Assembly (NCBI RefSeq): GCF_000284455.1
Contig: NC_017039.1
Coordinates: 2,610,001 to 2,642,000 of the forward strand
Direction of reading: 5' to 3'
DNA length: 32,000 nucleotides
From: Synechocystis sp. PCC 6803 substr. PCC-P
GTDB taxonomy: Bacteria > Cyanobacteriota > Cyanobacteriia > Cyanobacteriales > Microcystaceae
The translations under genes were made by a program, and so were the position numbers. Positions 29,962 through 32,000 of this stretch are shown piece by piece. Position 1 is the stretch's first letter; each line of letters starts with the position of its first letter. The notes under the pieces were generated by a model. It was given only the letters and a program-made list of their open reading frames with translations, was not told the origin of the DNA and made no database searches.

Positions 29962-30972
29962 TTATTCAAAGGAGGCTTGTTTCTTTAACAACTCACCAAT
30001 GGTCAGATCCATAACACTTTCGCCACCGAAGACCGTGCCCACTTCCCCTTTGTTGAAGCTAATTTTGCCTAGGTTATAGGCTTCCTCGGGCAAGGGAATA
30101 TAACCAACCTTGGTGGCAGTGGCAGAGGCGTTGGCCAGATAAAAATCGACAAATTCCCGTAGGGCAGGATTATCTTGGGCTTTGGTTGCGTTGACGTAGA
30201 TAAATAAAGGGCGGGACAGGGGTTGATACTCAGATTTTTCCACCGTTTCTCGGGAAGGCAGCACTGGTCCTCTACCGTTATCGACCCCAATGGCTTTCAA
30301 GTCAGCAATACGACCTTCGTAGTAGGCAAAGCCAAAATAGCCTAGGGAATAAAGGTCTTGGACAACTCCCTGCACCAAAATTTCATCGTCTTCACTTTTT
30401 AGGGTATCGAGACGACTAGCTCCAGCTTGACCAACGATCGCCTCGGTGAAGTAATCAAAGGTGCCAGAATCCTCACCGGGGGAGTAGAGGTTAATAGGTT
30501 GGTCGGGAAATTCGGGCCGGACTTGGTTCCAGCGGGTCAAGGTTTTTTCGGCGGCAGGTTCCCAAATGCGCTTTAGCTCTTCGACAGTCAAACTTTTCAG
30601 CCAGTCATTTTTGGGATTGCTGACCACAGTAATGGCATCAAAGGCAATGGGCAATTCCACATACCGCACCTGGTTGTCATTACATAATTTCATTTCCTGC
30701 TTGTTAATGGGGCGGGATGCGTCAGCAATGTCTGTTTTACCCTCGCAAAATAGCTTAAAACCGCCGCCAGTGCCAGAAAATTCCACATCAATGTCGACCC
30801 CTTTCTTACCCCCAGAGAAATCTGCAACAATCGCCTCGGTAATGGGGTAAACCGTACTCGAACCATTAATGGCGATCGATTGACTGGTCTGGGATGGTGT
30901 ACAGGCAGAAATTCCCAACAAGAGCAAAGCCATAGGGACAATGCCCCGGCTCAATCGACTTAAATCAAACAT
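29962..30972 (-). CDS. sphX: Phosphate-binding lipoprotein SphX/PstS-like
   Basis: Lipobox LLGISAC, INGSSTVYPITEAIVADF, VEFSGTGGGFKLFCEGKTDIADASRPI, YFGFAYYEG. Confidence 0.93.
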   Translation of the reverse strand: MFDLSRLSRGIVPMALLLLGISACTPSQTSQSIAINGSSTVYPITEAIVADFSGGKKGVDIDVEFSGTGGGFKLFCEGKTDIADASRPINKQEMKLCNDNQVRYVELPIAFDAITVVSNPKNDWLKSLTVEELKRIWEPAAEKTLTRWNQVRPEFPDQPINLYSPGEDSGTFDYFTEAIVGQAGASRLDTLKSEDDEILVQGVVQDLYSLGYFGFAYYEGRIADLKAIGVDNGRGPVLPSRETVEKSEYQPLSRPLFIYVNATKAQDNPALREFVDFYLANASATATKVGYIPLPEEAYNLGKISFNKGEVGTVFGGESVMDLTIGELLKKQASFE

Positions 30973-31078
30973 TTTTACTTCTCCGCCCCCAGGGTGGTCG
31001 ATTGTGATTAGCCGTTGACGGTAGCTTTAGGGCATCTATCAACATTTTTGTATATTAAAGTCGCCCCGGCTGGTTGAA

Positions 31079-31108
31079 GGTTAAGCCCTAGTAAAGGTTT
31101 GGTTAAAG
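31079..31108 (-). promoter_or_regulatory. Triple Pho box upstream of sphX
   Basis: Minus strand reads CTTTAACC-AAA-CCTTTACT-AGG-GCTTAACC, three 8-bp units at 11-bp period. A -10-like TAATAT lies about 22 bp downstream near 31051-31056. Confidence 0.8.
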
Positions 31109-31304
31109 GGCTGGAGAGGTTGATCGTGCCGTATTTTTCGTCCCTAACATTTGTAAACCAAGGGATATATTCTTCGAGCCGTAATTCCAGTCTTTCAGGA
31201 AAAATTAATGGGACGGGACTCCATGAACAATGCCACAACGTCTGCCCAGGGGACTTTTTGCCCCGATTAACCTAGACTTGAGAAAAAAGCTGATTTTTGT
31301 GACT

Positions 31305-32000
31305 ATGGCGACCTTTTCCTCCCTCGAAATTTTTAACCCCCATCTTTCGGCCATGGCTTTGGGGGCGGATTTCCATTGGCAGACCCAGGGAGAAAAGGGC
31401 CATCTGGCTTTGACTTTAATTCCCCAAGCTGACGGTCAATGGTTATCACTGTTGGGGGGAAAACTGCGCTTTTGGCTACGGGGCATTAGTTTAACAGTCC
31501 AGGCTGAAGGCGCGACCACTGACCATGGGCAAAAATTTTTTAATGTGGGGGAGATAGTTTTCCCGTCAGAAGCTGTTTCTCCCCAAACTGTAAATGTTGA
31601 ACTTGCCCTAACTGGACAATGGGCCCGACTCCAGGCAGAAGTTAAAGCAGAAGCTCGGCAGGTGGCGATCGCCGAAACCCAAGGCCTGTGGCCACCGGAT
31701 TTGAGTCCGAACCAATTGGCTATTGCCGATCGCCTGTTGGCTAAGTTTATAGCGGAAAATTACCTAACTCCGGCCCTTTGTTGGGGTCAATGGCTCCTGA
31801 GCAAATCAGTCGATGCCGATCCTCAAATTATCTGGCAACCTCTATACAATGTCGAAAATAATCGCACCGTAACGGAAGCAGACACCGGGAACCTTGGCGA
31901 TCGCCTGCAATTAATCATCAACTCCCCCCAGTTGGATTGCCTTACCCTGGGGAAGTTAGTCGGTTTGGACCCGCAACGGGATTTGGCGGGAGGCAAATTT
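31305..32000 (+). CDS. Hypothetical protein, N-terminal part, runs off the right edge (alternative GTG start at 31299)
   Basis: Open frame MATFSSLEIFNPHLSAMALGADFHWQTQGEKGHLALTLIPQADGQWLSLLGGKLRFWLRG... continues to the window end. Confidence 0.75.
   Translation, partial: MATFSSLEIFNPHLSAMALGADFHWQTQGEKGHLALTLIPQADGQWLSLLGGKLRFWLRGISLTVQAEGATTDHGQKFFNVGEIVFPSEAVSPQTVNVELALTGQWARLQAEVKAEARQVAIAETQGLWPPDLSPNQLAIADRLLAKFIAENYLTPALCWGQWLLSKSVDADPQIIWQPLYNVENNRTVTEADTGNLGDRLQLIINSPQLDCLTLGKLVGLDPQRDLAGGKF

Noticed and set aside
1-32000. CRISPR arrays, rRNA or tRNA genes, prophage or full transposase genes
   Set aside because: No regular repeat-spacer arrays, no rRNA or convincing tRNA cloverleaf seen by eye, and no transposase or integrase ORF. 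A tRNAscan/Infernal run would be needed to exclude small RNAs.

Overview
The window is a gene-dense cyanobacterial chromosomal segment. Protein sequences and gene order match my recollection of Synechocystis sp. PCC 6803 or a near-identical strain (not checked by search). It contains: the uvrB 5' end; a small repeat-bearing protein; a short psbX gene on the minus strand that the ORF track misses; purN; a PD-(D/E)XK-like nuclease gene; a Ycf46-type AAA+ ATPase; a SAM methyltransferase; a CurT/CAAD thylakoid protein; a DICT-GAF histidine kinase followed by a PAS protein; murJ; a gamma-glutamylcyclotransferase-like protein; menE; a mannose-6-phosphate isomerase-like cupin; an NAD-dependent epimerase; homoserine dehydrogenase; an Sfp-type phosphopantetheinyl transferase; pheS; a PIN/AbrB-type toxin-antitoxin pair; an NhaS3-type Na+/H+ antiporter; an ECF sigma/anti-sigma pair followed by CcdA-like and thioredoxin-like genes; and the phosphate uptake cluster sphX-pstS-pstC-pstA-pstB-pstB. 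I see no CRISPR array, rRNA, prophage, or clearly novel defence system. The observations most worth checking are: two diverged MITE-like elements with imperfect terminal inverted repeats, one of which supplies a host gene's stop codon; 11-bp-period Pho boxes upstream of sphX and pstS; a PIN toxin with a conserved catalytic Asp replaced by Ala; a long same-strand overlapping ORF pair; and the nuclease/AAA+ gene pair.
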